From assembly GCF_036321535.1 (NCBI RefSeq), contig NC_087461.1:868001-932000 (forward strand): DNA of 64,000 bases, read 5' to 3'. Under the pieces are notes generated by a model. The model saw only the letters and a program-made list of their open reading frames with translations, had not been told where the DNA came from and searched no databases. The stretch's first letter is position 1, and each line of letters starts with the position of its first letter. The translations under genes were made by a program, and so were the position numbers. The stretch is from Camelus dromedarius. Taxonomy: Eukaryota. Positions 40,163-52,300 of this stretch are shown here, one piece after another.

Positions 40163-40476
40163 CTGAACTTGTTTACAAAGTAGATACAGACTCGCTGACA
40201 CAGAAAACAAAGTTACGGTTACCGGAGGGGAAGGAGAGAGGGGTGGAAGGATAAAGCGGGAGTTCGGGATTTGCAGACACACACTACTGTACATAAAATA
40301 CATAAACAACAAGGTCCCCCCGTGCAGCACAGGGGACTATATTCAACACCTTGCAATAGCCTATAAGGAAAAAGAATATGAAAAGGACTGTGTGTGTGTG
40401 TGTGTGTAACTGAATCACTATGCTGTGCCCCAGAAATTAACACATTGTAAACTGACTATACTTCAATTTAAAAAGG
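40163..40476 (+). mobile_element. 5'-truncated LINE-1 3' UTR (cetartiodactyl type) with target-site duplication
   Basis: Collinear with the artiodactyl L1 3' UTR (tgaacttgtttacaaa...gcacaggggactatattcaa...taactgaatcac...ccagaaattaacacattgtaaactgactatacttcaattt) followed by an A-tail. Flanked by the 11-bp direct repeat AGTAGCATTTG at 40152-40162 and 40477-40487. Confidence 0.92.
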
Positions 40477-40717
40477 AGTAGCATTTGGACAGATTGAATC
40501 CTCCAAAACCATTTGTTTTTTACCAGCATACAAATGGGTCCAAGGGTTGCTCAGTGTGGCCAAGCGTGGGTCATTACTGAAAATCTCACGTGGACTCAAC
40601 CATAAGAAGCAGTGTCCAGCCAGGGGTACGACTTAGCGAACCATCACCGATTTTGCTTATTTGTTACCGTCTGCGGCTGTGTGACCAATTACTACAAAAC
40701 TTAGCAGCTTAAAATTG

Positions 40718-41265
40718 AGCACTATTACAAAGGTATAGTAATTCTGAAAGCATCAGACTGGTATAAAGACAGACATACAGGCCAAGGAGAGAGAATGAGA
40801 ACCCAGAAATAAACTCTCCCACATATGGTCAAACGATCTTTCAGCAAGGGAGCCAAGCACGTTCAGTGGGGAAAGACTCTTCCACGAGCGGCGCTGAGAA
40901 AACTGGACATCCACATACAAAAGAATGAAGCTGGACCCTTATTTATGCCACATACAAAAATTAACTCACAATGGATCAGAGACCCAGACGCGACACCTGA
41001 AACTGTACAGCTTTTGGAAGAAGGCATAGAGGTAAAGCTTTATGACACTGAACTTAGCAATGATTTCTTGGATATGACACCAAAAGCAAATGTTAGCAGA
41101 AGTAAAATTAGGCAAATTGGATTTCTTAAAACTAAAAAACTTCTTTGCAACAAAGGACACAATCAAGAGAGTGAAAAGGCAGCCCACAAAATGGGAGGAA
41201 ACAATTACAAATCGCACATCTGATAAGGACTTAATATCTAGAATACATAGGAAACTCTTACAATC
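40718..41265 (+). mobile_element. LINE-1 ORF2 C-terminal fragment (frameshifted, dead)
   Basis: Translations such as YYKGIV..WYKDRH, QWGK, PHTKINSQWIRD, DFLDMTPKA, LDFLKLKNFFATKDTIKRVKRQPTKWE and SDKDLISRI match L1 ORF2p ([73 protein letters not shown]). Confidence 0.95.
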
Positions 41266-41399
41266 CCCCCAGAACAGAATGTTCTGGCTGTTTACCGCCA
41301 GCTTTGCTCTCATTCCTCGCTCAGTCCATTTCCAACAAATTCTTCATTAAGACATTTACATTGGACTTCTGCTGCTTGCCAATAAAGACGCAAAATTGG

Positions 41400-41540
41400 T
41401 ATAAATGCCTCCTCCATCCAAGGTACCACGCTGTGTGTTGGGAACGCACGATGAAAGAACACAGCGCTGGCAGTGGGGAAGACCACACACAGACCAATAA
41501 TTAGAATACACGGTGGTAAATCCTATAAAGCAAGTGTCCT
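41400..41540 (-). mobile_element. Possible L2 fragment
   Basis: aaatgcctcctccatccaaggtaccacgctgtgtgttggg...aataattagaatacacggtggtaaatcctataaag weakly resembles antisense L2 3' sequence. Confidence 0.3.
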
Positions 41541-44500
41541 AGTTAAATGTGTGGCCTTGGAGAGTCAATGGAATTTTTAAACCAAGAATCGGGAATTAGA
41601 TTAAATCCCAAGGGGAGGGCACAAGATTGTCAGGCAGGAGACAGCAGAAAAAAGAATTTTCCAAAAGGTGGAACAGAATGCAAACTGCCAAAGGATCCAA
41701 ACTGCTTTGTTTCGTTTTGCTGTCTATTTTATTTACTGATGCAACCACTAAGCCTGGCCACATATTCCCCAACTGAAAGCTATTTATTTGATAAACACAC
41801 CAGGGCACAGAGGCATGATGGAGGCGGGACAAAGCTGGTGGCCTGTGCTGTGGGGAGGGAGACGGGGGACGAGACGGCCCTGAGGATGGATGGCTGGGTC
41901 ACGTGGTGCAGCCCCGAACCCACCACCAAGGCTGGAGTCGGAGTCAGTCAGCAAGGGGAGACCACGGAGGATCCTGAATCCAGAGACATGGTTAACTGTG
42001 CTCTCTAACAGGCTGAGTTCGTGAGCAGCAGCAGACACGCTCTGGCGGGAAGAGCCCTGAGGCAGGAGCCCCATCGCGGACGTGGTCACCTGGTCCGGAT
42101 GAGCTAACAGTGGGGCCTGATCTCCATTCCCACTCTGGCAGGAGCCCCGGCGCACGCCTGTTCTGTGTGCGACGTCATTGCAGTCTCCCCCGCAAGCTCC
42201 TTTACAGCTGAAAAGCAGGCTCACGAAGTCAAACAGCTACAAAGTCACGGAGCCAAGTGTGTGGCTCTGGGACCCACAGGCGCACCTGCTGAGGCTTCCT
42301 GGTGAAACGGGACCGAGCGCCAGGCACACCGGAGACGTCTGGTGGAGAGGATGGACCTCAGGGGACGTCTAGGGTTCGAGGGGGGTAGGTCCTAGCAGCA
42401 AGTTGACTATGAGAATTCCGAGAGAGGGGGGCTTCCTCATGCAGACCACTGAGTGGTGAGTGATGACGGTCCACAGGCAAGGTCAGTGGGACCCAGCCCT
42501 TCCCCTCCCTTGGGTGCAGTGAGCTGCGCCCCTGGCCAGTCGCTCCGAGTCAGTCAGACACGTCAGCCTTCACGTGTCCGGCTCTGGTTCATCTTTTCTC
42601 TTGTGTTTAACTCTCCAGTTCGTCGCCTGCATGGGACGAGAACAGGCGGAGCTGGCGAGTGTGCAGACCAGCTGCTTATCTCAGTGGCGCCCCGACTGCG
42701 AGCACAGATCCACTGGTCAAGGGGCTGAGAGAAAGCCTTTTGAATGGTCTCATTTGGAGTGAAAAAGTTACACTTGAAACCCCACAGTATCATTAAAAAT
42801 TAAGAGACAAAGTTACATTAGGTTTTCCACTATTGAATTAAAATTTCATTTTCCAAACTCTTCCAGCTTTAGGATACTTTTGACCTGACTGCCATCTCGA
42901 TTTAATAAAATGATGATTTCAAAGTTTTGTGGCCCAGAGGGTGGGTGTGCTTTGAAGGGCAAGGTCCGTGTTGGGCGCTGATTCTGTGACCTGGGAGGGT
43001 GGACGGGGTTTGGAAGAGTTGCCGGTGGGATGGATGGGTGGGTGAAGGGCTGTGGGTTGGGTGGAAGGACAGACAGGAAGGACCACTCTGCTGCTCTGCG
43101 GGAAGCCCCTGGGCTGGGGACCTTGGGGGCGGAGGAGGTGGGGAAGTGTGGTGATGGCAACAGTGATGGCCGGCTGGGGCGGGGGTCTCTGCAGGTAAGC
43201 AGGGGCCAGGAGGGGTCAACAGAGGGAGAGAGACAGTTTCAAGGGTCGTTTGTACAGAGGATGGCTATTAAACTGAAAACTTACAGCTGTGCCCCCAAGC
43301 TGAGGACGACTGGAAGTGCCCTCTTTCCCCTGCACGATCTCCACCAGACGATCCTCCACTGGTTGCCCTTCAGCCACTCTCACCTCTCTCGGCGGCCAGC
43401 CCTACGCCTGCATCCATGTCCCGCCTCCAGGACACAACAGGGGCATGCGAGAGGGCTGCGCGTGAGATCAACCTTTGGTTCGATTTTTGTTTCTCTTAAA
43501 CGTGTCTTCCTTAGATATTACTGGATGAGAGTTACAAACGCTGCACGGGAGGACCTCAGGGACGGAATGCCTCCTTTTTAAATGTGTATTTGCCACTTTA
43601 TCTGATTTTCTGTTCTTTATCTGAGGTTCTGGTTCCCACTAACACTTGACCAGCCATTAGCTTTTGTTAGTGGAGCTAATGTGATGGCACCAATATGAGC
43701 AGCATAAAGTGTCGACCTACTTTCACTGGATAAAAGGAGAGGACTTGTGGGACAGCTGGGTTTCCCGCTTTGTCTGTCTGGGCGGGGTCGTGACTTGTCG
43801 CTGAGGTGCCGGCGTGCCCTCAGCCTGCTCGGGGAGGCAGGCGGCTCCTTCATGTCCTGGACGGGGCCTGACCAAGTCCCAGGCACACTTCCTGCATCTC
43901 TGGTGTCATCTTGCCACTCAGGAGCGGTCGGACCTGTGTACCGTGAACGGGGGTGAGAAGTGGACACAGACAGGACTGTGGGGAGGGAGAGGCGCACACG
44001 GGGTCAGTGTCCCCACCCCAGAACCTTGTCTGCCTGCTGCCTTCTCATGGGCTTGTCTTCCTCCTGGAGCCAAGATGAGGCTGTCGTAGGTACGTATGTA
44101 TTTAGACAGTAAACTTGGATGCCAATCCTTCCTCCCTCTGAAGACAGTGAATCCCAAGGATGCGCCAATAGCAGTGTTTTCCATTCCTCTGGGTTCTCAG
44201 AACAGTTTGGTTTCAAAGAAAAATGGTCCTACTTTTCAGCAAGCTGGGGGTCATGTCTCTAGGTTTTCAGCCGTACGACTGTCTAACCTTAAGCAGTGAC
44301 TGCAGAAGCTGGTCCCTCTGTTCCTTGTGCATCTGAGGTCATGGATCTCACTCCGTCAAATAAACGCACAGGGAGGGTCCGGCTAGAAGCACGCGCGCCC
44401 CAGCACGTGGCTGTCCAGGCCAGGACCAACCCTCTCCCCTGGCGACGGGTCCCCTGGTGGCAAACGCTCTCCTCCGGGCAGCCCACTACTTAGCTCGGGG

Positions 44501-46204
44501 CCCTCTCTCCGCACACCCACCTGGAACGAGCAACACCAGGCAGTCAAACGTTTAGGGTTTTTCTCGTTTCACTAAATGGGTACCAAGATTATTTTCATCC
44601 AAACGAAGATTGCTTCCAAAGACACGCTGTCTCACGGGACCCCTTTCTCCCAGCTCCCTTCTCAAGGTCCCCCGTCCCGACAACTTCACAGGTGACTGCG
44701 CTCCACCTCGGGCCCTGGGGGGCCACCTGTCTCCCCATGTGATACCCCTTGTCTGTTTCCCATCATTTCTGCCATGTCCGAGAAGGCCGAGGGGGCCCCG
44801 GGGGAGGAAGACGCAGCTGTGCCCCAGGGTTCTTCACGAGCTCCTTAGCCCCACTTCCCAGATACTCTTCTTTCTGGAGACATTTGCATGACCCAGCGAT
44901 GCCACACTTTAATCTCTGATTTTAAGTTTGCTCAGTCTTGTATCTGGGTGCTTTTGTATCACCATTCTGACTGGGTTTCATAACACTGTGTTCTTCGGCC
45001 TTCATAACCTCTGGTTTGAAACATGCACTGCCTTGTCATGCTATTAGAAGTGTCCGAGCCCTGTTCAGGCTTGGCCTGTCTAGCAAGGGCCATGGGAGGC
45101 TGGGGCCTCCCTGCAGGACGGCAGGCTGAGTCAGCGAGCGCACACGTGCGCAGTGTCTTGGTGTGGCCTCTCTAGAATTTTCCAGAAGAAATATTTCATC
45201 TTCTCTTTTGGCTGTAAACCAGATAGACATCTGGCTCAGAAGACTGTCGTGTTCAAGTTCGGGATGGAAGCCCTGGTTTCTACAGCAGCACAGAATGCAG
45301 GTTTTCCCTGATTTATTCTCCCCTCCGTGGTGGAAACTGGGACAGACTGGTCGGCACACAGGATGGGCAGGGAGTCTCAGGAGTTAGTGACTAAAATGCT
45401 TCCTGACCAAAAGCCCCGCCCTGAGCGTCTCTGCTGCTCCGTGCACGTCGGGCCTCTGCGGACTGGGCTCACGGCGCAGAAGGACCCGCCGACACGCGGT
45501 CTGGAAACCACACGGCTGGGAGTGACTCCACCTGGGCTTCCTGGGGCCCCGGGGACTTCTGCTCCTGGATGGCAGAGATTCTATTTGAGTTCACGTCAGC
45601 CCATGCCTTGCACAAAGAGGAAGAGAGAAACTCGCGAAAACCCTGTGTTGGAGGCGACATGAGAAACTTAAAAGTGGTGAACGGAAGGGAATCTGGATCC
45701 GGAAACCAAGCCACTGATGTGCAATTTGCCCAGAGGAGATGCCCAGCCAGGCTTCAGCCAGGAGAACACAGCCTGTCCCTCACACCTGAGGAAGTGGTGT
45801 GTTCGTTTAAGGGGTACGTGGTGGCACAAACAGGCCGCGACTGCAGGAGGGGTCACTTTACACAGAGAGGGGAGTGTGGGCGAGTTTACACCCTCCCCGC
45901 GCAGACCCTGCAGGAGGCACCGTGCGGACACACGCTGAGAAGGAAGACCCGTGTGTTTGGGACGGTGACCGAGCACGAGTGCGCCTGTCAGGGCTCTGCT
46001 TCTCCCCAGGCTTCCAGACGCTCTTCTTTCTCAGAGTTTCCCTGAGGCACAACTGCGACACAAGGAAACGCACATCCCGATGTGCACTGTGTGGCGAGTG
46101 CGGACACGTTAACCCTTGGCAGCATCGCCACAGCCAGGTGAGAGACATCCAACGCCTCCAGAAGCTTCTCTGAGTCCTCCTGCTCTTTCTGTTGTGTGTG
46201 CAGG

Positions 46205-46654
46205 TGTGTGTGGGGGTAAGAACACAACATAAGCTCCACCCTCCTGTCCAAGGAACGCCCTCCTGTCGGGCACAAGGCTGGCGGCAGCCGTCTGGAGCTC
46301 TGCTCGCAGCAGACCTCATGCCCTTTGAGCAACTCCCCCTTCCCGCCCCCCAGCCCGGCCGCCGCTGTCTCAGTCTCCGCTTCTAGGAGTCTGACTATTT
46401 GAGACATTCAGATGAGGGGAACTGGGCAGCCCCCATCCTTCTGCGACTGGCCTATTACACTTGGCATAATGTCCTCTAGGCTTATCCATGTCATTGAAAA
46501 TGGCAGGATTTCTCCCTTTTTTTTTTAAGGCTGAATCATATTCTAACTTATTTCAAGATACGGGTCATTTCCATATCTTGGTTATTGTGAGCAACAGTGC
46601 AAGGGACATTGGTTTGAGTTCTCAATAAATACCCAGAAGTGGGATTGCTAACAT
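46205..46654 (-). mobile_element. LINE-1 (L1MA/MB-like) end of ORF2 plus 3' UTR
   Basis: The minus strand reads agcaatcccacttctgggtattta...aaatcctgccattttcaatgacatggataagcctagaggacattatgccaagtg...aaatagtcagactcctagaagcggag...ggggagttg...ttatgttgtgttcttacc, collinear with the L1M 3' end. Confidence 0.85.
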
Positions 46655-48072
46655 ACTGAAGTATAAAAACTTGAAAGCTTTTCCTCTGAGATCAGGAACA
46701 AGGCAGGGATGCCCAATGTCACCACTTCTATTCAACACAGTACCGAAGGCCTCTCCAGGTAAACTGAGCAACAGAAAGAGTTAAAAGGAGTCTAAATCAG
46801 AAAGAAGAAGCAAAACAATCTGTATTTGAAGATGACATGACCCTACGTTTAGAACCCCCCCAAAGACTCCACAAAAATTATTAGACACAATAAGCAAATT
46901 CAGTAAAATTCTAGGACACATAATCATCATACAAAAACCAGTCACATTTCTACAAACATCGAACCATCTGAAAAGGAAATTAAGAAAGCAATCCTATTTA
47001 CGATAACATCAAAAGGAATAAAATATTTACAAATAAACTTAACCAGGAAGTGAAAGACTTGTACACTCAAAACTACAGGACACTGATGTAGGAAACTAAA
47101 GGGGAGAGAAACAGACGGAAAAACATCCCATGTTCATAGATAGAAAGACTTAATATCACTAAAATGTCCAAGCCCAAAGCAATCTGCAGAGTCAGTGCTA
47201 CCTCCATCAAAATCTCAACGGTGTTTGTTTTTTTATAGAAATTAAAAAAAAATCATAAAATTCACATGGAACCACAAAAAACCCCAAACAACCAAATCAA
47301 CTTTGAGAAAAATGAACAAGCTGGAGGAATCAAACTTCCCGATTTCAAAATACATGACAAAGCTACAGTAATTAAAACAGAGTGGTGCTGGCATAAAGAC
47401 AGACACACAGACCAATGTGACAGAATAGAGAGCCCAGAATGAAGCTCACGCACATACAGTTGACGGGTCTTTGAGAAGGTCCCCAGGAATATACAATAGG
47501 TGAAGGACAGTCTTCAGCCAGCGGTGCTGGAAGCACCAGACACCCCTGTGAACAAGAATGAAGTCGAACCCTTATTGGAACCAAAAGCACAGGTTACAAA
47601 AGTAAAAATACACAAGTGGGACCACATCAAACTAAAAAGCTTCCGCACAGCAGAGGAAACCATCAGCAAAATGAAAAGGCAGCCTACATAATGGGGGAAA
47701 GGACTCACAAACTACATATTTGAGAAGGGATTAAGTTCCAAAATATATAAGAACCTCCTACAATTCAACAGCAAAAACCAAATAACTAATTAAAATCTGG
47801 CAAACGACTTGAACAGACATTTCTCCAAGGAAGATATACAAATGGCCGACATGTATATGAAAAACTGCTCAAAATCACTAGCTACCAGCAGATCAAAGTT
47901 CAGTGAGACGCCACCGCACGCCTATTAGAATGGCTACTTGAAAAAAGAAATCAGGAAGTGTCGGTGAAGGTGTGCAGTGAAGGGAACCCTGGAGCACTGC
48001 TGGTGGGGGGGATGTAAAACGGTGCAGCCCCTGTGGAGAGCAGTCTGGAGATTCCTCAAAAAACAGAGCTGC
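46655..48072 (+). mobile_element. LINE-1 ORF2 (RT domain to C-terminus), decayed; inverted relative to the adjacent 3' segment
   Basis: [22 protein letters not shown] matches the L1 RT motif. tttgaagatgacatg encodes FEDDM at the FADD site. [25 protein letters not shown] matches the ORF2 C-terminal region. Ends at gattcctcaaaaaacagagctgc. Multiple stops and frameshifts. Confidence 0.95.
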
Positions 48073-48104
48073 TAACATTTTGCTCAGTGTTTCAGGAAGA
48101 AGGT

Positions 48105-48275
48105 GTGAGCTCTGGGAGGCAGTCTGCTGTCCTGGGAAAGGTCAGGCTCCAGTTCTCCTTTTGCTATATTCTGCATCACTTAAGGACCTGGTTTTCCCTT
48201 CTTGCAAAACAGGAATAAGAGCATCTACCTCACTGAGTCACTGTGAGGGTTTAATGAGATTTCCATGAAAACATT
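48105..48275 (+). mobile_element. MIR SINE fragment
   Basis: cacttaaggacctggttttcccttcttgcaaaacaggaataagagcatctacctcactgagtcactgtgagggtttaatgagat matches the MIR core and 3' part (cctcagtttcctcatctgtaaaatggggataataatagtacctacctcatagggttgttgtgaggattaaatgagat). Confidence 0.75.
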
Positions 48276-49189
48276 CAGTTCTTTCTTCCTTCTTTGGAGA
48301 GTCACTTGTACAGTCAAATCCTCAGCCCGTGAGCCACATCAGAGAACACCCAGCACCGCGGGCCCATCTGGGAACGGACCGGGAGGGTCACGTGGAAATC
48401 AGAGGGCCGGCGGGCGGAGGGAAGAGCTGGGGGGAGGAGGGGCTCAGCCGGGACGTGTCGGCCCGGAGGAAGGAGTCACTGTGCACCCAGAGGCCACCCT
48501 CGCCCTCAGCCTCTGACAGCACTGATCTAAACCAAGACAGACGTCCCGCGGGCGTCTCCTGCCCCTGCGCCCGGCTAGTGCCCCCCCGGCTGCCCCACTG
48601 CTGCCCGGACCCTCCGTCCAGGGGCTTACTGACCAACCTCAAGGGGCGACAGTGTGGACTTCCTACAAACTGCTACAATGTACACCTCAGGGGCCACTAA
48701 TTAGTTAACAAAAGATGGCTTTGACAAGTTGCAAAGGGTTCCTTGCCCAGACTAAAGGGGAGATGCTGCTTCGCTGTGAAAAACTGTAAACACGTCTTCT
48801 CCATGTCCTGCCAAACATATTTTTTTTCATGCTATCTTCACTTGGACAGACAGACTTGTGATCTACGGGAAGCTATGTTATGTTTCATTAGATGAATGGC
48901 TCTCGGTACCCAGCTAGTGACATGGGATCCCTAGGCAGGGACAATGCTGGAGGTGTCTTCAAAGATAGAAAGAGAGACTGGGGAGCATTAAGGAAGCCAC
49001 GCACTCCTCGGTGTTTTCTGTCCGAATGTGTATGGTCACGAGCCTGGTTCTGACAGCAGAGGACCCTTTACCTCGGCCAGCAGTGACCTTGGCAGCTCAG
49101 CTGTGCTACTGAAACACTTCAGGGTGGAATTTGTTTTTCTTCACTGAACTTTAAGCAGAAATTCAAGTGCCAAGTCTCTGAAGCCGAGT

Positions 49190-49330
49190 GGCGCTATTAA
49201 GAGATAATTACTAATTATGCTAATTTGAGAAGTAGCTGCCTGCTCCTTCCCCGGTCACCTCGCGCGCGCCCTCCGGAGAGCGCCGTCCCGCCCAGGCGTT
49301 TGCTGGAGGACAGCGCGTCCTGAGCATCCC
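49190..49330. promoter_or_regulatory. Candidate enhancer or promoter: homeodomain-site cluster next to a mini CpG patch
   Basis: TAATT at 49205, 49212 and 49221 (ataattactaattatgctaattt), immediately followed by cctcgcgcgcgccctccggagagcgccgtcccgccc. Confidence 0.35.
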
Positions 49331-52300
49331 TGCTGCCTCTGCTCGTGCAACTGCCGAATGAGCTCCCCTTTCCACGAAAATAACTGAGAAAGCGGCTCCT
49401 CTGCCCGTGTTATTGTAGATTTACACGTGTAGCTCCCACCTTCGTGAGGAACAGAAGGAGCCGTGGCTCTGACGTTTTGGGGTGACTGCAGATGGCAGTG
49501 GACTTCTTGCAGCCGCTGAGGGTTTAATACAGCTCAGAGCTGTGCTTTCGCACCTCCAAAACCCTTCTGGTAAGAAATGAAAACTTCGAGGCAGTCTCCG
49601 GGAGTCTCATCCATTCATGTTACAGACGTTTGGTTTTGGATTTCCCAGGATTCTCGAACTGCCCAAGATTTTGGGGATGCAAAATACACCCTTTACAAAA
49701 ACAAATTTCCAAATTATGTATGCCTAAAATCCAGTAAGAAAATTCCCAAAACAGTAATGTTATAAACTGTGTTGAAAGCAGATGTCTGGAATTCCTACCC
49801 GTAAGTTCCTCCCGGACAGAGCCCACGCTGACTGCCGGCTGGTTCTTTGCACAGCCCGACACACAACAGGTGCTCAAAACTGTTGCTTTATGCAATCTGG
49901 CCATTTTCCAAGCAGAAATACAACCGTTTTCATTTTGTACAAATTAATATGTTTGGAAGGAATTCACATAGCTCTTATATAAGCAAAAATTACATATGTT
50001 TGATGGATTCTGCTTTATACAAAGGTAAGAAATCACCAGGTGTATTATATTATTCATTCTTTTCCTTTCTTTTTCTTTGCAAATGTTTTGCACGAAGGGA
50101 AAGGGATGGGCGTGGAAAAGCACTTCACAGAAGTGCACCGTGTGCTCCCTGCCTGTGGAGCCGGTGGCCGCCTGTGGGGTGTGACGTGGGGGCCCTGGGA
50201 GGCTCCCCTTCACCCTTCCCAGAAACTTCTCTCTCAGTCTTGCTGCTGCTGACCAAAACCACCATTACACTACGTGTTCCACAAAAACCGCTTTCCTGCG
50301 AACACGCAAGCTCCTTCATTGTAACATTTTTCACTTGTACTTTTTTCGTTTATACTTCCCTGTGAGAGTCTATCAAATCATTGCCAAAGCCAACTAGGTG
50401 ACATCAGAGTTTTAAAAGTGACCGTCAGAGGAAAATGTGTAGCTGGGAGGAGACAAGTGGGAGTCTGGTATGGCCATGAGAACTCAGACTGGAGACACTG
50501 GGCACCTGGGAGGAGGACGCACCTGGACAGGTGGGCTGGCGACTCGGGCGATGGGCAGAGTCGGCACGGGCTGGTCTGCTTCGTAAACACTTCAAGCGGA
50601 ACAGCACAGAGTCCCGGGGAAACACTGTCCTGATGGCACTCGCCTTACCTGCAGATCCGTCCTGGCCGCGTGCGGAGTTAGGGAAGAGAATTGCATCAGG
50701 CCACACTGAGCTCGGGGTTTCTGCAGTTTGATGAGCAGGAGGCTGGGGGCAGAGCTTGGTGAAGGAACAGGGTGCTTAGAAGTGATAAACATAAACACAG
50801 AAATGCAAATTGCACGTGTGTGTAAATGTGCACAGCAGGTCTGCCCTACAAGGGTTTTTCTAGAAGGTTTCTAGCTGGTTTCAAAGATCATTTTTAAGGC
50901 CCCCCAATATCTTTTATTTGGCAAAAAAAAAAAAAAATGAGAATTCAGCATTTCAGGTGAGGTGCGACGAGAAGAGTTTGTAGGCGAGCGTCTCCTGTGC
51001 GGGAGTCTGTCAGCAAGGTGTGGACCAGAGCTCGGAGTCCGGGCAGCACTGAACACCCTGTTGGGAAGGCCTGTGCTGCAGACCTCAGGCGGAACAGGAG
51101 GGAGGTGGCCGGCATGCTCTCGTCCCTTTCCAGCGGGCCATCCATGTGCTCTCATTACTCGCTTCCCGGAGGAGACGGAGGACGCCAGTGGGGAAGCGGG
51201 ATCGCAGCCCCCTGTGAAAGGGGCTCACTGCAGGCCCACGCCAGGGCCCAGCGCCAGGGTCCAGGGCTCGGTCAGCCGGTGGTTTGCTAACTGTGGTTCC
51301 TAGACTAAGACCGGTTCACAAACCCGAGCTTTCTTTTGCGTAAGGAGATCCACGTGATTTCAATTTAAAGATGTTCCATTTTTTAAAAAAGTACTTGACT
51401 GGATGTGGTGGAACGGTCTGTGTGAGGGAAATTTAAGAGAAGGACAGTCCTCCTTAGGCCAGAATGGTAGTTTAAAAAAAATGAACATTTAGCCAGTTTC
51501 CAGATACAGCTGGAGGCCAGGACCTGACAGCAGGGGACGTCAGGGTCCGGGTCAGCTTGCTCTGGGAGGAGGGTCACACGATTCAGACTGAGTTTACAGC
51601 CGACCCCGCAGCGCGCCTCCATCAATGCGGAGCAAGCCCCTCACCTGGAAGCAGGTGCGAGGGGCGAGCAGGCCGAGGCACCGCATCTCAGGCACATCTC
51701 TGGTCCTCGTTCATGTGCTAAGACCCAAAGGGGAGACGACTCACCCAGTGAGCGTCTCCAGTCGGCGGGAGCCCCTGCTGCTGGGGTCAGTGCTGCCCCC
51801 TGGGGGCTGCCTCCTGGCCAGGGCTTTTAGGGTCCGCACGTGTGCCCAGAACGTGATACGGCATCCTTGACATTCAGCCTTGCATGGTGAAGACGAGGTC
51901 TGGGTCCTTACCTGCTTCTTACATTTTTAACTTCAATCTCCCGAGTTGCTTTTACTCTGCCAGGTACTCCTACCAGAGGAAGAGTCACGCCTGCCTTTCT
52001 GGTCCTGAGGCCTCCGGGCAGCCTGGACCACAGAACGTCGCTTGGGCGCACGTCTTAGAGCCGGTTCTGCCTGGACAGTCTGTCAGAACTGGCTACTTAA
52101 AACACCAGACGCTCCAGTGAAACCGAAATGAGGTCTTCAACAACCGCGATACCAAGTTGTTACATCATACAGCCTAATTTTTTTCTTCCTGTGGTTTGAC
52201 TGCTTTTACTGCAAAAGAAGAAGTCTCTAACTCTTTTACTTTTTGTCTTGGCTACCAGGAAGCTCAGAGCTTTGTCCAGAGCTCAGCTGCAGTAGTCATA

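Noticed and set aside
40825-41350. ORFs 40825-41223 and 41090-41350 as a host gene
   Set aside because: They are frameshifted pieces of L1 ORF2p, not a functional CDS.
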